This document shows, piece after piece, positions 19,122-28,234 of a DNA stretch of 64,000 bases (positions are counted from its first letter, which is position 1; every line of letters begins with the position of its first letter). The DNA is from an uncultured virus (IMG/VR IMGVR_UViG_3300035670_000104) (taxonomy: Duplodnaviria; Heunggongvirae; Uroviricota; Caudoviricetes). A program made the position numbers and the translations under genes. Under the pieces are notes generated by a model that was not told the origin of the DNA, made no database searches, and worked only from the letters and a program-made list of their open reading frames with translations. The stretch lies in IMG/VR virus record IMGVR_UViG_3300035670_000104. One strand, written 5' to 3'.

Positions 19122-19364
19122 ATGGAAGTCTACCTAGAACACCTGTCTAAATCTATGTCTGAAATTACTCAGACTATGAACACCTTAAAGAAATCTAAGG
19201 TGTATGATGAAGTATTACTGGCTCACTTACAAGAGATACATAGAACTCTTGTGTACACTTGTCGTGACATTGGAGAGCAGAGACATCATTATTTTTCTGG
19301 AAAATTAGCAAAAGAGATTAAGGATAGAAAAGTGAAGAACGCTTTTGGAGGTAAGGTCGTTTAA
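19122..19364 (+). CDS. hypothetical protein
   Basis: AGGAG RBS. Confidence 0.6.
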   Translation: MEVYLEHLSKSMSEITQTMNTLKKSKVYDEVLLAHLQEIHRTLVYTCRDIGEQRHHYFSGKLAKEIKDRKVKNAFGGKVV

Positions 19365-19406
19365 AGATAGTTATCAAATCCCACCCCCACAATTTTAGAA
19401 ACCACT

Positions 19407-19430
19407 AGCAGCCCTTGAGGCTGCTTTTTC
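19407..19430 (+). terminator. intrinsic terminator ending the + block
   Basis: AGCAGCC-CTTGA-GGCTGCT followed by T-run. Confidence 0.8.
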
Positions 19431-20241
19431 TTTGCCTAAAATATCTGCCCACTATTTCTTTTGTTTTCTATTTGCCCGGATATTTAGTAAAGGTGTCTCT
19501 TCTGTGCTTTATCAATCTTGTGGCTCTATAGGAAAGGGGTCTAGCACCTAACCAGCCCGACCCCTGACATAATCCTACGATTCACGAATATCTAAGAGCT
19601 TGAACAATCCCCTAGATGCTGGAGATAATCAGGTGGGCATTAACTGCTACTCTCAGCTATGCCATGGATAATCATTCGATAATCTGAGCCATTAGATTTT
19701 GATTAAATGCTTTTGAATAAGCAGGGAAACCTGCGGCTGTTTCAATAAGCTATCTCTATCCCTTGTGAATAGTGGATAGTCTGTAGCTAATAAACTACCC
19801 TCTATTTAACATAATGATGGTTGTATTTATTTGACTAGCTACTCATAGCTAATTAGGAGGCTGAAGACTGGCTCCCCATCAGGCATAGCCTGATACATTG
19901 TCAGCCTCATATATTGAGCCTATGGCTCATTATTTGTCCATAGCTTAATAAGCTATGTCCTACAGATAATAATCACAATAATGCATTCGGATTAATAAAT
20001 AATCCTCACACATTAACATTCGAGAATTGATCGCTTTTTAAGCTCTCATTCTCTCATTTTGTGTAAATTAATGACCCACTGGTCATTATATAATTTTATA
20101 TAGTGTTGTGCTCCGGCGTAGCCCACCCACATACGTGTGTGTCCTCCTTGTCGCGTTAATTTTCAGCCTTTGGCTGTATATAGGCTTACATATTCCCCAT
20201 ATGCAAGCCATTGACCTATAAGGCTTTTGATTGTCTTTAGA

Positions 20242-20344
20242 AGCTCTAGAGATAGTCCTCTAGAAAGCCCTAGAAACCTTTTAAATTGATTGGGTAAGGG
20301 GTAGGCTAGGGATTGGGAAATTCTTCGTTATAGGGCCTTCTAGC
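20242..20344. repeat. dispersed imperfect inverted-repeat element, copy A
   Basis: CTAGAAAGCCCTAGAAAC-48 nt-CGTTATAGGGCCTTCTAG; similar to 25061-25160 and 41667-41753. Confidence 0.65.
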
Positions 20345-20465
20345 CCTATTGTTAGCTATTTATTGTTTTATTCTTTTGTTATTGTTCTTTATTTATTTTT
20401 GTTATGTTTACTGTATTCTACCAGAATTTGGGATTGATTGAATTTAGCTATGAATAGGACAAAAG

Positions 20466-20487
20466 AAAAAGCCCCGGAGGGCTTTTA
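20466..20487 (-). terminator. intrinsic terminator
   Basis: AAAAGCCC/GGGCTTTT hairpin with A-run on + strand. Confidence 0.7.
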
Positions 20488-20490
20488 GGT

Positions 20491-20718
20491 TTAGTGTTTC
20501 TCTAACTCTGCTAGGCATGCCTGCTTCAATTGGTCGTAGATTTTCTTGTTGTCTTTTGTAAGCATGCACAGCCCATCTGTGTAGTCGCTGAAGAATGAAA
20601 ACTTTACACCATCAGGACATACTTGTGCTGTCATGCGGTGATGTTCACCTTCTGCAACAACGCGGGCGTGTACTACGTGACGACCTGCTTTAAAAGATGG
20701 TGTGTAAGTTACTTTCAT
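20491..20718 (-). CDS. hypothetical early protein
   Basis: GGGGA RBS; own promoter TGTTATACT at ~20764-20772. Confidence 0.65.
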   Translation of the reverse strand: MKVTYTPSFKAGRHVVHARVVAEGEHHRMTAQVCPDGVKFSFFSDYTDGLCMLTKDNKKIYDQLKQACLAELEKH

Positions 20719-20959
20719 TTTATTCCCCTAAGTTTCCCCTGCACTATTGCAAGGTATGGCTAGAGTATAACACAGTTTTTCCACACAAAGCAAAGAACCT
20801 CAAAGAAAATTAATTCTATCGAGGCTTGTTTTCTATAGCTTTTGACTATTAGCTATTGCTCAGTGTGATGGGTGGTGAGGGTTCCCACTCTTCAAACTTT
20901 TCATATTGAGCCATCTTTATTCCTCTTCAATTTCTCTAGGTTTTGCTGATTTTTGCTTA

Positions 20960-21318
20960 TCAATTAAACTGCACGCCCTGGCGCTCCATGGTTTCCACAA
21001 AATCGCCCAGGGATTGCACGCGATAACGGCCACGCCAATAGATTACCGTGGGCGCGTAGGCGTCTCCAGTGTTTAGATAATCGGCAAACTCGCCGTTTGT
21101 AGTTTGCACAGCCTCTACACCATGCAAGCCGCTATCACATGCGTTCAAAACGTGTAAGCGCAGGTCGTAAGTTTTGGGGGCATGGTAGCATTCTTTATAG
21201 CGTGCTGCACCTGCTTCGGTTTCCGATAGCTGGACACGGCTCATCTCAAAAATAGCTCGGGCTTTCTTCGGATCGCTAAAAACGGTCGATATGGTTTTGA
21301 TGCTGGGTTTTTGAACAT
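20960..21318 (-). pseudogene. early gene with apparent 1-nt frameshift near the 5' end
   Basis: AAGGA RBS and ATG 21318 are one base out of frame with KPSIKTIS..MSRVQL. Confidence 0.5.
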
Positions 21319-21380
21319 GGTGGGTTTTCCTTATTTAGCTAGTTGCAAGAGAAGATCAATCAAAATAAATACAGCCATTA

Positions 21381-21668
21381 TTATTCCTTTTTTATAAAGA
21401 GTTCTGAGGTGTTAACCACGCCTCTATGCTCTTCTAACATTTGCCACACAAGACTAACAGGTACATAGGGGTAAACTGTCCCGGTCAAATTCTCTCCGTC
21501 TTCTGCATATTCCGCTACATAATCCGGGGGCGGTGAGCTAGGGAAACCAAGTTCAACTTTTGTATACTTGTCTGCATTATCTATGCGAGGCCAGCAATAA
21601 TGGAATGCTGAAGCCTGAACAGATACAGAAAAACCATCATTACACACAATTCGATTACGATTAGTCAT
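21381..21668 (-). CDS. hypothetical phage protein
   Basis: DGFSVSVQAS, VELGFPS, TVYPYVP; GGGGA RBS. Confidence 0.7.
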   Translation of the reverse strand: MTNRNRIVCNDGFSVSVQASAFHYCWPRIDNADKYTKVELGFPSSPPPDYVAEYAEDGENLTGTVYPYVPVSLVWQMLEEHRGVVNTSELFIKKE

Positions 21669-21678
21669 TTATTTCCCC

Positions 21679-21972
21679 TTATGCAAAATTAGATTGTTGC
21701 TTACGTACCACTACAGACAAAACTTCTTTTGTCCGATAGCTAAACATGCATGCATCAGCATAAGTAGCCGCCATCCATTCTAACGCATCTTTTCGCGTCA
21801 TGCAATAGAAATATTTTTGACTATCGCTGTGGTAAACAAGAAACCCGAAACCCATAGCTTTTGCAATTCGCACAATGTCCTTCTTTGTTGTGCCAGCAAT
21901 TGCCACCAACGTGACAATAAACGCAAAGCATGCTGCAGCATGGATCAGGGTGGAAACAATGAATTCTGCCAT
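21679..21972 (-). CDS. hypothetical early protein
   Basis: GAGG RBS; TGCTAGAAT promoter upstream. Confidence 0.6.
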   Translation of the reverse strand: MAEFIVSTLIHAAACFAFIVTLVAIAGTTKKDIVRIAKAMGFGFLVYHSDSQKYFYCMTRKDALEWMAATYADACMFSYRTKEVLSVVVRKQQSNFA

Positions 21973-22084
21973 TTGAAAACCTCAGTTTGTTTGTTGATGG
22001 CTCAATTCTAGCATGAAAATTCAGAGAAAAGAAAAGCCCCAGTAAATTGTGGGGGCTTTTAAATTTCCTATCGATTTTGACCTA

Positions 22085-22225
22085 TCAATCAATCAAAACA
22101 ATGTCACCGCATGCTGCGCGGAACAGGGCTAATTCTTTCGCTTGTTCTATTGTAATCTCCTCCCCTTCATCGGCGTATTGTTCTATGAGAATTTCAGCGT
22201 ACTCTGCAACTGTATATTCAGGCAT
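22085..22225 (-). CDS. small acidic early protein
   Basis: AAGGA RBS. Confidence 0.55.
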   Translation of the reverse strand: MPEYTVAEYAEILIEQYADEGEEITIEQAKELALFRAACGDIVLID

Positions 22226-22346
22226 TTGATTAATCCTTTGGTTTATTTGTCCAGCATGTAAGCGAATAGCGGAGCAGTAAACAATACCGCCACAATGGCA
22301 CATTGCAAAAGCTCAATAATTAGGGTTTTCAGTTTGTAGGACATTT

Positions 22347-22550
22347 TTATACCTTCTTTCTCTGATTTTTCCAGAAATCAAGCTCACCTAATAGCATTTG
22401 ACCAACTGGCGAAGAGCGATCAAAGCCTTTTAACGTGCTTTTTAGGTTTTCTATGCGCTCATCAATTGAGATCGAAGCTGTGCCGTATTTCTTCAAACTC
22501 TCCCGGCCTTCTTTAATCCCCATTATATACTCTTGTGTCACGCTTTGCAT
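22347..22550 (-). CDS. hypothetical early protein
   Basis: TGGTAAAAT promoter upstream. Confidence 0.6.
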   Translation of the reverse strand: MQSVTQEYIMGIKEGRESLKKYGTASISIDERIENLKSTLKGFDRSSPVGQMLLGELDFWKNQRKKV

Positions 22551-22610
22551 GTTTTACCCTGATAGTCTATTGATGCCGAAATTTTACCACAAAATTTAAG
22601 GCTTTGTGCG

Positions 22611-22811
22611 TTACTTACCATTCTTGCAGGCCATAACAATAAGCACAACAATTGCCGCACAAGAGAATAGAATGTTCAACATCGGGACAAACCCTAGAAT
22701 GCACATCACCAAGCCTAGGGCAATGTTACGATGCACCTTGTCTGTAAAGAAGAAAATCCCAGTGAGAATACAGACAATCAGCGGGACAGTGTAAAAGAAA
22801 AACATTTTCAT
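22611..22811 (-). CDS. small membrane protein
   Basis: AGGAG RBS; two TM segments; TGCTAGAAT promoter. Confidence 0.6.
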   Translation of the reverse strand: MKMFFFYTVPLIVCILTGIFFFTDKVHRNIALGLVMCILGFVPMLNILFSCAAIVVLIVMACKNGK

Positions 22812-23020
22812 ATCTCCTTGGTTAAAGTTTTCTTATTCTAGCACGCTTTTACAAACATGCTAGATAAAAATTCTCTATCGACTTTCCCTTATTTCCAAAT
22901 TTTTTCTATTGCTTTTGGTTCTGTAGATTCTACATTGCCTGCAGCCCCGTGCCAGCCGTACATATAACCAACAATCCAGCCAAAGCCCATCCCGCATAAG
23001 AACAAAAAGAAAAACATTGT

Positions 23021-23116
23021 TTAGCTCCAATTCCTTTTTTGTTCCCGGCGTTCTTTTCGTTGTTTTTGTTCTTGAATCTTTTTGCGCTTCTCTTGCTTGT
23101 TTTCGTAAAATTTCAT
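23021..23116 (-). CDS. 31-aa basic peptide
   Basis: GGGG RBS; MKFYENKQEKRKKIQEQKQRKERREQKRNWS. Confidence 0.45.
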   Translation of the reverse strand: MKFYENKQEKRKKIQEQKQRKERREQKRNWS

Positions 23117-23318
23117 TTTTAACCCCAGTTTGTAAACATCTGATGATGCGGGAAAATATAAAGCATTGTAGTTTTATTGCATGGGGTGAGATTTCCGAAT
23201 TCATCCATTACAGCAAAACATGCGCGCATGGGTGTATTGTATTCATTTAGAAAATGAGGCATTTTCTTATTCCTTAAATGGGCTATATTTCAAGCCCTTA
23301 TTAAATCCCATCCTAAAC

Positions 23319-23675
23319 TCAAAAAGCTTGCCAAATAATTAGATTCTCTTCGCAAACTACTACGCTAGTATTCTCTTGCAAATAATTCTCAATTGCTTCT
23401 AGCTTTTCGTCGTCGTCCATCTCCTCCCATTCCTCTGCACCAATGTCGGAATAAATCCCGTATTCTTGCCACCAGTCTTCTGCGGATTCTGCCATGCTGT
23501 AGTCGCAGCAAATGCCCACAATATCAACCTCAATATCTTCCCCAATGTCTTCGCTCAGGTTTTCCAAGTATTCTCCAATAGCGTTCCAGCCATTGTAGCC
23601 GAAATTGTGCCCACGATCCATGCGGCAAGCCATATGATACAAGTCAGAAGAGGAGATTTTTTCGATCAGTGCCAT
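23319..23675 (-). CDS. highly acidic early protein
   Basis: AGGA RBS; near-consensus promoter (TTGACA..TGTTAGAAT) upstream. Confidence 0.7.
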   Translation of the reverse strand: MALIEKISSSDLYHMACRMDRGHNFGYNGWNAIGEYLENLSEDIGEDIEVDIVGICCDYSMAESAEDWWQEYGIYSDIGAEEWEEMDDDEKLEAIENYLQENTSVVVCEENLIIWQAF

Positions 23676-23765
23676 TTTATTTCCTACTGTGTAGGCCGTT
23701 TGTTGAAGGTGAATAAATTCTAACAAGGGAATTTTGTTTTGTCAAATTCCCCCATTTTGTGGGGA

Positions 23766-23948
23766 TTATACGGGGGTGTCGGTTTCGTTATCCACTAGCA
23801 CAGCGTGCAAACAGGGGTACAACGCGTTAAAATCCTCCGCATGCCCTTCTGCTATGGCTTTTGTTGCCCAAAAACTACGTCCTTTGTGCGACATATAAGA
23901 GTGAAACTTCATATCATGTTTCGTGAAAATCTTGATAGCGTACAACAT
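23766..23948 (-). CDS. hypothetical early protein
   Basis: ORF in early block. Confidence 0.5.
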   Translation of the reverse strand: MLYAIKIFTKHDMKFHSYMSHKGRSFWATKAIAEGHAEDFNALYPCLHAVLVDNETDTPV

Positions 23949-23977
23949 ATAAGACCCTTTTTGATTTATTGCAAGCC

Positions 23978-24097
23978 TCAGCCAAGGATTTTAACAGCCC
24001 AGCGGCTGCCGATAGTGTCTGCGCCCAGGTCAAAAACTTTACGGCCAGACTTCGCGGCAAATGTACGGGCTTTGGAGCGTGTAGAGAATTTCAGCAT
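23978..24097 (-). CDS. 39-aa basic early peptide
   Basis: AAGGA RBS; TGATAGAAT promoter upstream. Confidence 0.55.
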   Translation of the reverse strand: MLKFSTRSKARTFAAKSGRKVFDLGADTIGSRWAVKILG

Positions 24098-24371
24098 GCT
24101 GTGCATCCTTGTGTGCGGTTAAGATGGTTTCATTCTATCACAATTTTAACGCTTCAAACTTCGCCACTGAGAAAAATTTCTTTTCTTGAATCAACCCCGG
24201 CACAGCCTTTGAGAGGGTCAATCCGTTCCGTCGTTTGTTACGTTGGGTTCAACTATACCGGAAAAATCCACGCCGTAAACAAAAGATTTTCTATCAGGTT
24301 TCCACGATTGATAGGAATTAGCTATTGTATGGATAAATAAAAAGCGCCACCAGTGGGGCGCTTGTTTATTA

Positions 24372-24575
24372 TCACTCTGATCTTAGTGCAGCCCTGCATA
24401 GTAATGCGTAAAAATAGCGCGCTGTCGATCCGTTCGCTGTTTTTGGTTTGCGGTAGCCGTATTCCTTGGACGCAATCAAAATTCTATCCACTATTTCAGA
24501 CGGGAGGGTATGAAAATCAGCGTGTAAAGGTATCTGATTGTTTGTAGCTATTTGCTTTGCAGTGTATGGGTGCAT
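24372..24575 (-). CDS. hypothetical early protein
   Basis: AAGG RBS; GYRKPKTANGSTARYFY. Confidence 0.6.
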   Translation of the reverse strand: MHPYTAKQIATNNQIPLHADFHTLPSEIVDRILIASKEYGYRKPKTANGSTARYFYALLCRAALRSE

Positions 24576-25060
24576 GGTAAACCTTAATTCTGCATAGCGC
24601 CCTGTGCGATGCATTGCCTAAATTATAACCACAAATTCTAGCATCTCTCAATTGAAATTTTCTATTAACTCAATAGTTATAATCAATCAAGAATGTCCTG
24701 ATTTTATGGCTATAATCGGTCCCAGTGGCTCGGATTATCTCCAGATTATCTCCAGGCCGTCTGCTCAATTTTTAGGCAGCGGCTGCGGCTTTTTCTCGCC
24801 TGCTTGGCGCTATGCTCGGCCCGGCGCTCATTTTGCCGCGTTTGGCCCAGTGTATTTTCTCGGTCGCCAAGTGCTGTGCGATCTAGAAATTTCGCCCGCG
24901 ATGTATAAAATTTTTGGCCTAGTGAGCTGCTATATTACTTTCGTTCGCTATGTATGGAATTCTACTTGAAGCGTCAGCGAGCTATTGAGCTTTCGAGGCA
25001 GAGCGAGACAACGACAAGTCTTATATCATATAAACCCCTAGTACCCTGGGAGATACTGCG

Positions 25061-25160
25061 GCTGTACGGCCTTGTAGCGCTTTAAATAGTATAAGTAATA
25101 CTTAGCCCTACCCCAAGCCCTGTTGAGCGTTTCTAGGGCGTAATAAAGCCCTCTAAAGCT
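25061..25160. repeat. dispersed imperfect inverted-repeat element, copy B (inverted relative to A)
   Basis: TTTAAATAG..GCGTTTCTAGGGC. Confidence 0.65.
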
Positions 25161-25266
25161 ATTATGCAATAGATGGCTAAAATTTGTATGCAAAATTTTT
25201 GAAAACGTCAGCCACCAACTCACGCAATATCTGAGGGTTCAAATATTCAGTAGTTTAAATATTTCC

Positions 25267-25539
25267 TTAGTCCCAAGTGCGGTGAACCTCTGCTACCCAC
25301 TCAACTCCATCATACTCTCCAATTGTCCATTCCACATCATCAGGAATCTCTACTACTTTTAGTTCAGAAAGTCCTCCATTGGCTGCTTCTCCCAACTCTT
25401 CCACACATTTCACAAGTTGTGCGTTTGATCGGTCGTCATTGAAACAGCACCCATAATTATCCCACTCAATACCTAAGTAGTTATAAGCTTTCTCCGACAA
25501 ACCATATCCACCATAACACTTATTGATAACAACTTTCAT
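25267..25539 (-). CDS. hypothetical phage protein
   Basis: KVVINKCYGGYGLS..EYDGVEWVAE. Confidence 0.75.
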   Translation of the reverse strand: MKVVINKCYGGYGLSEKAYNYLGIEWDNYGCCFNDDRSNAQLVKCVEELGEAANGGLSELKVVEIPDDVEWTIGEYDGVEWVAEVHRTWD

Positions 25540-25937
25540 TTAATATTTCCTTTCATAAACTCAACAATCTCCCACTCCTTCACCTTCTTAGCCTTCCGCT
25601 TCAAGAACATGCTTTGAATGTCACTGCTAATTGTACTAGCTTTATCAGCTTTGTAAAGACTAACTTTGAATCCTAGCCGATGTAAAACATCTGGCTTTTT
25701 CATCCACTCTTTCAAAGCATTCCGAGTAGGAGCACCAAACCTGTAATCTTCTACCCAGATTTTACGCAGAACATCTCGATCAATTCCTTTATCAAACTTT
25801 GGAGGCGGAAGATCACAGTTGATTGAATCTTCTAGTCTGCAATCCTCTTCTGTAGGGTAGTATTGAAAAGGCCCTCTACCTCGCTTTTCAATGCGATAAA
25901 CACTAATGTATTCTTTCTTTGAAGAAGACCTCTTCAT
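25536..25937 (-). CDS. hypothetical protein
   Basis: AGGAG RBS. Confidence 0.65.
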   Translation of the reverse strand: MKRSSSKKEYISVYRIEKRGRGPFQYYPTEEDCRLEDSINCDLPPPKFDKGIDRDVLRKIWVEDYRFGAPTRNALKEWMKKPDVLHRLGFKVSLYKADKASTISSDIQSMFLKRKAKKVKEWEIVEFMKGNIK

Positions 25938-25948
25938 GTTCTCTCCTA

Positions 25949-26404
25949 TTAGAAACTATCTCCAGAAACACTCTTTTGCTTACGAATCGCTTGTTGCAAT
26001 TCTACTAGCTTTGCTAGACGTTGTTTAGCATGCTTTGTCTTGTTCCGGTAGAATGTATCATAGCGATTATCAAGATAGTCTTGGTGTGCATAATATTTCT
26101 GCCACTCAGCAGCTTTAATCCAAGCTGTCACCACCTTCTCCATCTTTTGAAGATAGTTGTCAGGAATGCAGAAATTGCATGCATAGACACGCTTCACTAC
26201 CATTTGAATCTTAGAAGCTTTCTTGTAATACTCCGCTTCTTTCTCACGCCATTTGTACAAGCTTGCCATGTCGTAGTAGTTAAAATTCGCTTTGCAATAA
26301 CGAATCTCAGTCTCTGTGTCCTCACGGCCACATTGAATGAAAGAAAGCTGCTCAGACATATGAGACATAAATCGTTGCATCAAGCTCTTAGTCAAATACT
26401 TCAT
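25949..26404 (-). CDS. hypothetical protein
   Basis: AGGAG RBS. Confidence 0.65.
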   Translation of the reverse strand: MKYLTKSLMQRFMSHMSEQLSFIQCGREDTETEIRYCKANFNYYDMASLYKWREKEAEYYKKASKIQMVVKRVYACNFCIPDNYLQKMEKVVTAWIKAAEWQKYYAHQDYLDNRYDTFYRNKTKHAKQRLAKLVELQQAIRKQKSVSGDSF

Positions 26405-26427
26405 TTAATTTCTCCTTTTTATGTGAG

Positions 26428-26913
26428 TTAGTTTACAACTGGACGATAAATGAATTTATAGTTTGCAGAAAGCCATCCAAGCTCATCTTTATCTACAAAC
26501 TCTTCACTACAGTATCCATCTCCCAGACACTTGTAGCGAATTTCTTCCGAATTTACTTGAATCACTTCATACCTGACACCTAGACGGTTGTTATAGCCCT
26601 GAGTTATAGCTTCAATAATATCCCCAACCTTCCAGTTCTCTGCATTGGACATATCTTCACTAGTGTCTGTGACGTAGGGCACTGTGCTTTGCTGTGGAGC
26701 ACTCCCCCAATTCCCCAATTCAATTGCTTTTTGAAGAGCTTTGATTAGATTTTCTGCATGTTCTGCACTACGGATGTAAAGATAAGCATCCCCATCCTGA
26801 ATTGCAGTGTCTACACCGTTTAGAATAATCTTGTGGGCATCCTCCCAAACAGCATCCCAAAATCGAATCTCTGTAATTTTATCACTAAATCCATCACGAA
26901 TGTCAATTTGCAT
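26428..26913 (-). CDS. hypothetical protein
   Basis: AGGAG RBS before ATG 26913. Confidence 0.65.
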   Translation of the reverse strand: MQIDIRDGFSDKITEIRFWDAVWEDAHKIILNGVDTAIQDGDAYLYIRSAEHAENLIKALQKAIELGNWGSAPQQSTVPYVTDTSEDMSNAENWKVGDIIEAITQGYNNRLGVRYEVIQVNSEEIRYKCLGDGYCSEEFVDKDELGWLSANYKFIYRPVVN

Positions 26914-27015
26914 TATTTTCTCCTTAAATAAAACGTTCAATTGCTTTCAAACTTTCAGCCAATGCTACCACAACAATAGGCTGCTGTACAAGATAAATGT
27001 AAAATTCATTCAAAA

Positions 27016-27231
27016 TTATTCTCCCACTAGTTCAAGCAAAGCTTGTGCAAGAAGTTTAGCTTCTTCCTTTGACACAGAAATGTCACAAGCTCCATACCAC
27101 TCTTTGCAATCTGTTCGCTCATTGGTTGTAATTGTAATACGGTCAACACAATCTGCATTAGGCTTTACGCTAATAAACACACCCTCTTTGTCGTCATAAA
27201 TACGCAAATGCTTCTCCAATGTATAGCTCAT
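27016..27231 (-). CDS. hypothetical protein
   Basis: AGGAG RBS. Confidence 0.6.
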   Translation of the reverse strand: MSYTLEKHLRIYDDKEGVFISVKPNADCVDRITITTNERTDCKEWYGACDISVSKEEAKLLAQALLELVGE

Positions 27232-27242
27232 GTCAGTTCTCC

Positions 27243-27575
27243 TTATTTATAACTCACTGTCACTTTGGTTTCAGTAATCTTCTCCATTACACCATGCTTC
27301 TCACACAAATGCAACCACTGAGAGTTTCCGAAGTCTCTTCCACACATTGCACGTTTGAAACCATACATCAAATCCTCAAGGCTTTCAATCACCTCTGACA
27401 TGTCATACCGCATCCGTAGTACTAGACTTCCGTCTTCTAATTCGTGAAGATGCCCATGACTTTTAGCGTCAAAGCTTAAATCTGCGTATATATTTTCACA
27501 AATTGGGTCCCAATCTAGTGTAACAGGAATTCCTTGCTCCACAACTTCTTTCACTAGGTTCATAAACTTAGACAT
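27243..27575 (-). CDS. hypothetical protein
   Basis: AGGAG RBS. Confidence 0.65.
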   Translation of the reverse strand: MSKFMNLVKEVVEQGIPVTLDWDPICENIYADLSFDAKSHGHLHELEDGSLVLRMRYDMSEVIESLEDLMYGFKRAMCGRDFGNSQWLHLCEKHGVMEKITETKVTVSYK

Positions 27576-27584
27576 TTGATCTCC

Positions 27585-27845
27585 TTAAAAATTGTAAACC
27601 TTACCACCAATAGCCAACCGCTTAATAACTGTTGTGTCAACATTACGGAATTGACTCTTTCCATTTCCAAGATTCTCACAGATAGTGATGTACTTGTCAA
27701 TATGTGCCACTGTATTTACTCCATCGTGTCCTTGCTTATAGCAATGTTGTCCGTTCAGTGTACGCAGTTCCCCACTTTTCTTTACGAAAGTGACGCCCAG
27801 GTATTGCCCTTTGTGAGCTTGGATGAGAGATTTTAGGCAAGTCAT
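27585..27845 (-). CDS. SH3/WYL-like beta-barrel protein
   Basis: VTFVKKSGELRTLNG and FRNV motifs. Confidence 0.55.
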   Translation of the reverse strand: MTCLKSLIQAHKGQYLGVTFVKKSGELRTLNGQHCYKQGHDGVNTVAHIDKYITICENLGNGKSQFRNVDTTVIKRLAIGGKVYNF

Positions 27846-27859
27846 GTTCAGTTCCTTTA

Positions 27860-28108
27860 TCAATTGAATTTCCAAAAATACTTCTCTTTTTCCTCGTCTG
27901 TCAATTCAAAATCAATTGTCTCAACAGCTTCTACATTATACACACTGTAGTATACATCATATGCACAAGACATTCTCTCGTAGTAGCAATGAAATTTCAC
28001 CTCAGCTTCACCTTCCGAAGATGCGACAACACGCTTGGTCACACGAAGTTCTGTTTCCTCTTCACTCATGTAGCGTCGTTCAACAACTGTTCCAGTTACA
28101 AGGTACAT
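27860..28108 (-). CDS. hypothetical protein
   Basis: AGGAG RBS; TGCTACAAT promoter upstream. Confidence 0.6.
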   Translation of the reverse strand: MYLVTGTVVERRYMSEEETELRVTKRVVASSEGEAEVKFHCYYERMSCAYDVYYSVYNVEAVETIDFELTDEEKEKYFWKFN

Positions 28109-28234
28109 TTTCTCTCCTTATTGATTAAGTTGAGGCTATTGTAGCACACAACCTCTATCCCTTGTCTAGGATAGTTGAGTAGGTTGTGTGGTTACTCACT
28201 GGCGCTCGCAGTTACTCGTTTTACTCGTGACAGG

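Noticed and set aside
22875..23204. 109-aa minus-strand ORF in the track
   Set aside because: Better explained by short RBS-led ORFs in other frames (e.g. 23021-23116).
24652..24969. 105-aa plus-strand ORF
   Set aside because: Opposite to local transcription, no RBS; explained by GC-rich non-coding DNA.
19365..25260. tRNA genes or CRISPR array in the long intergenic regions
   Set aside because: No cloverleaf with a GTTCRA T-loop and no regularly spaced repeats seen by eye.
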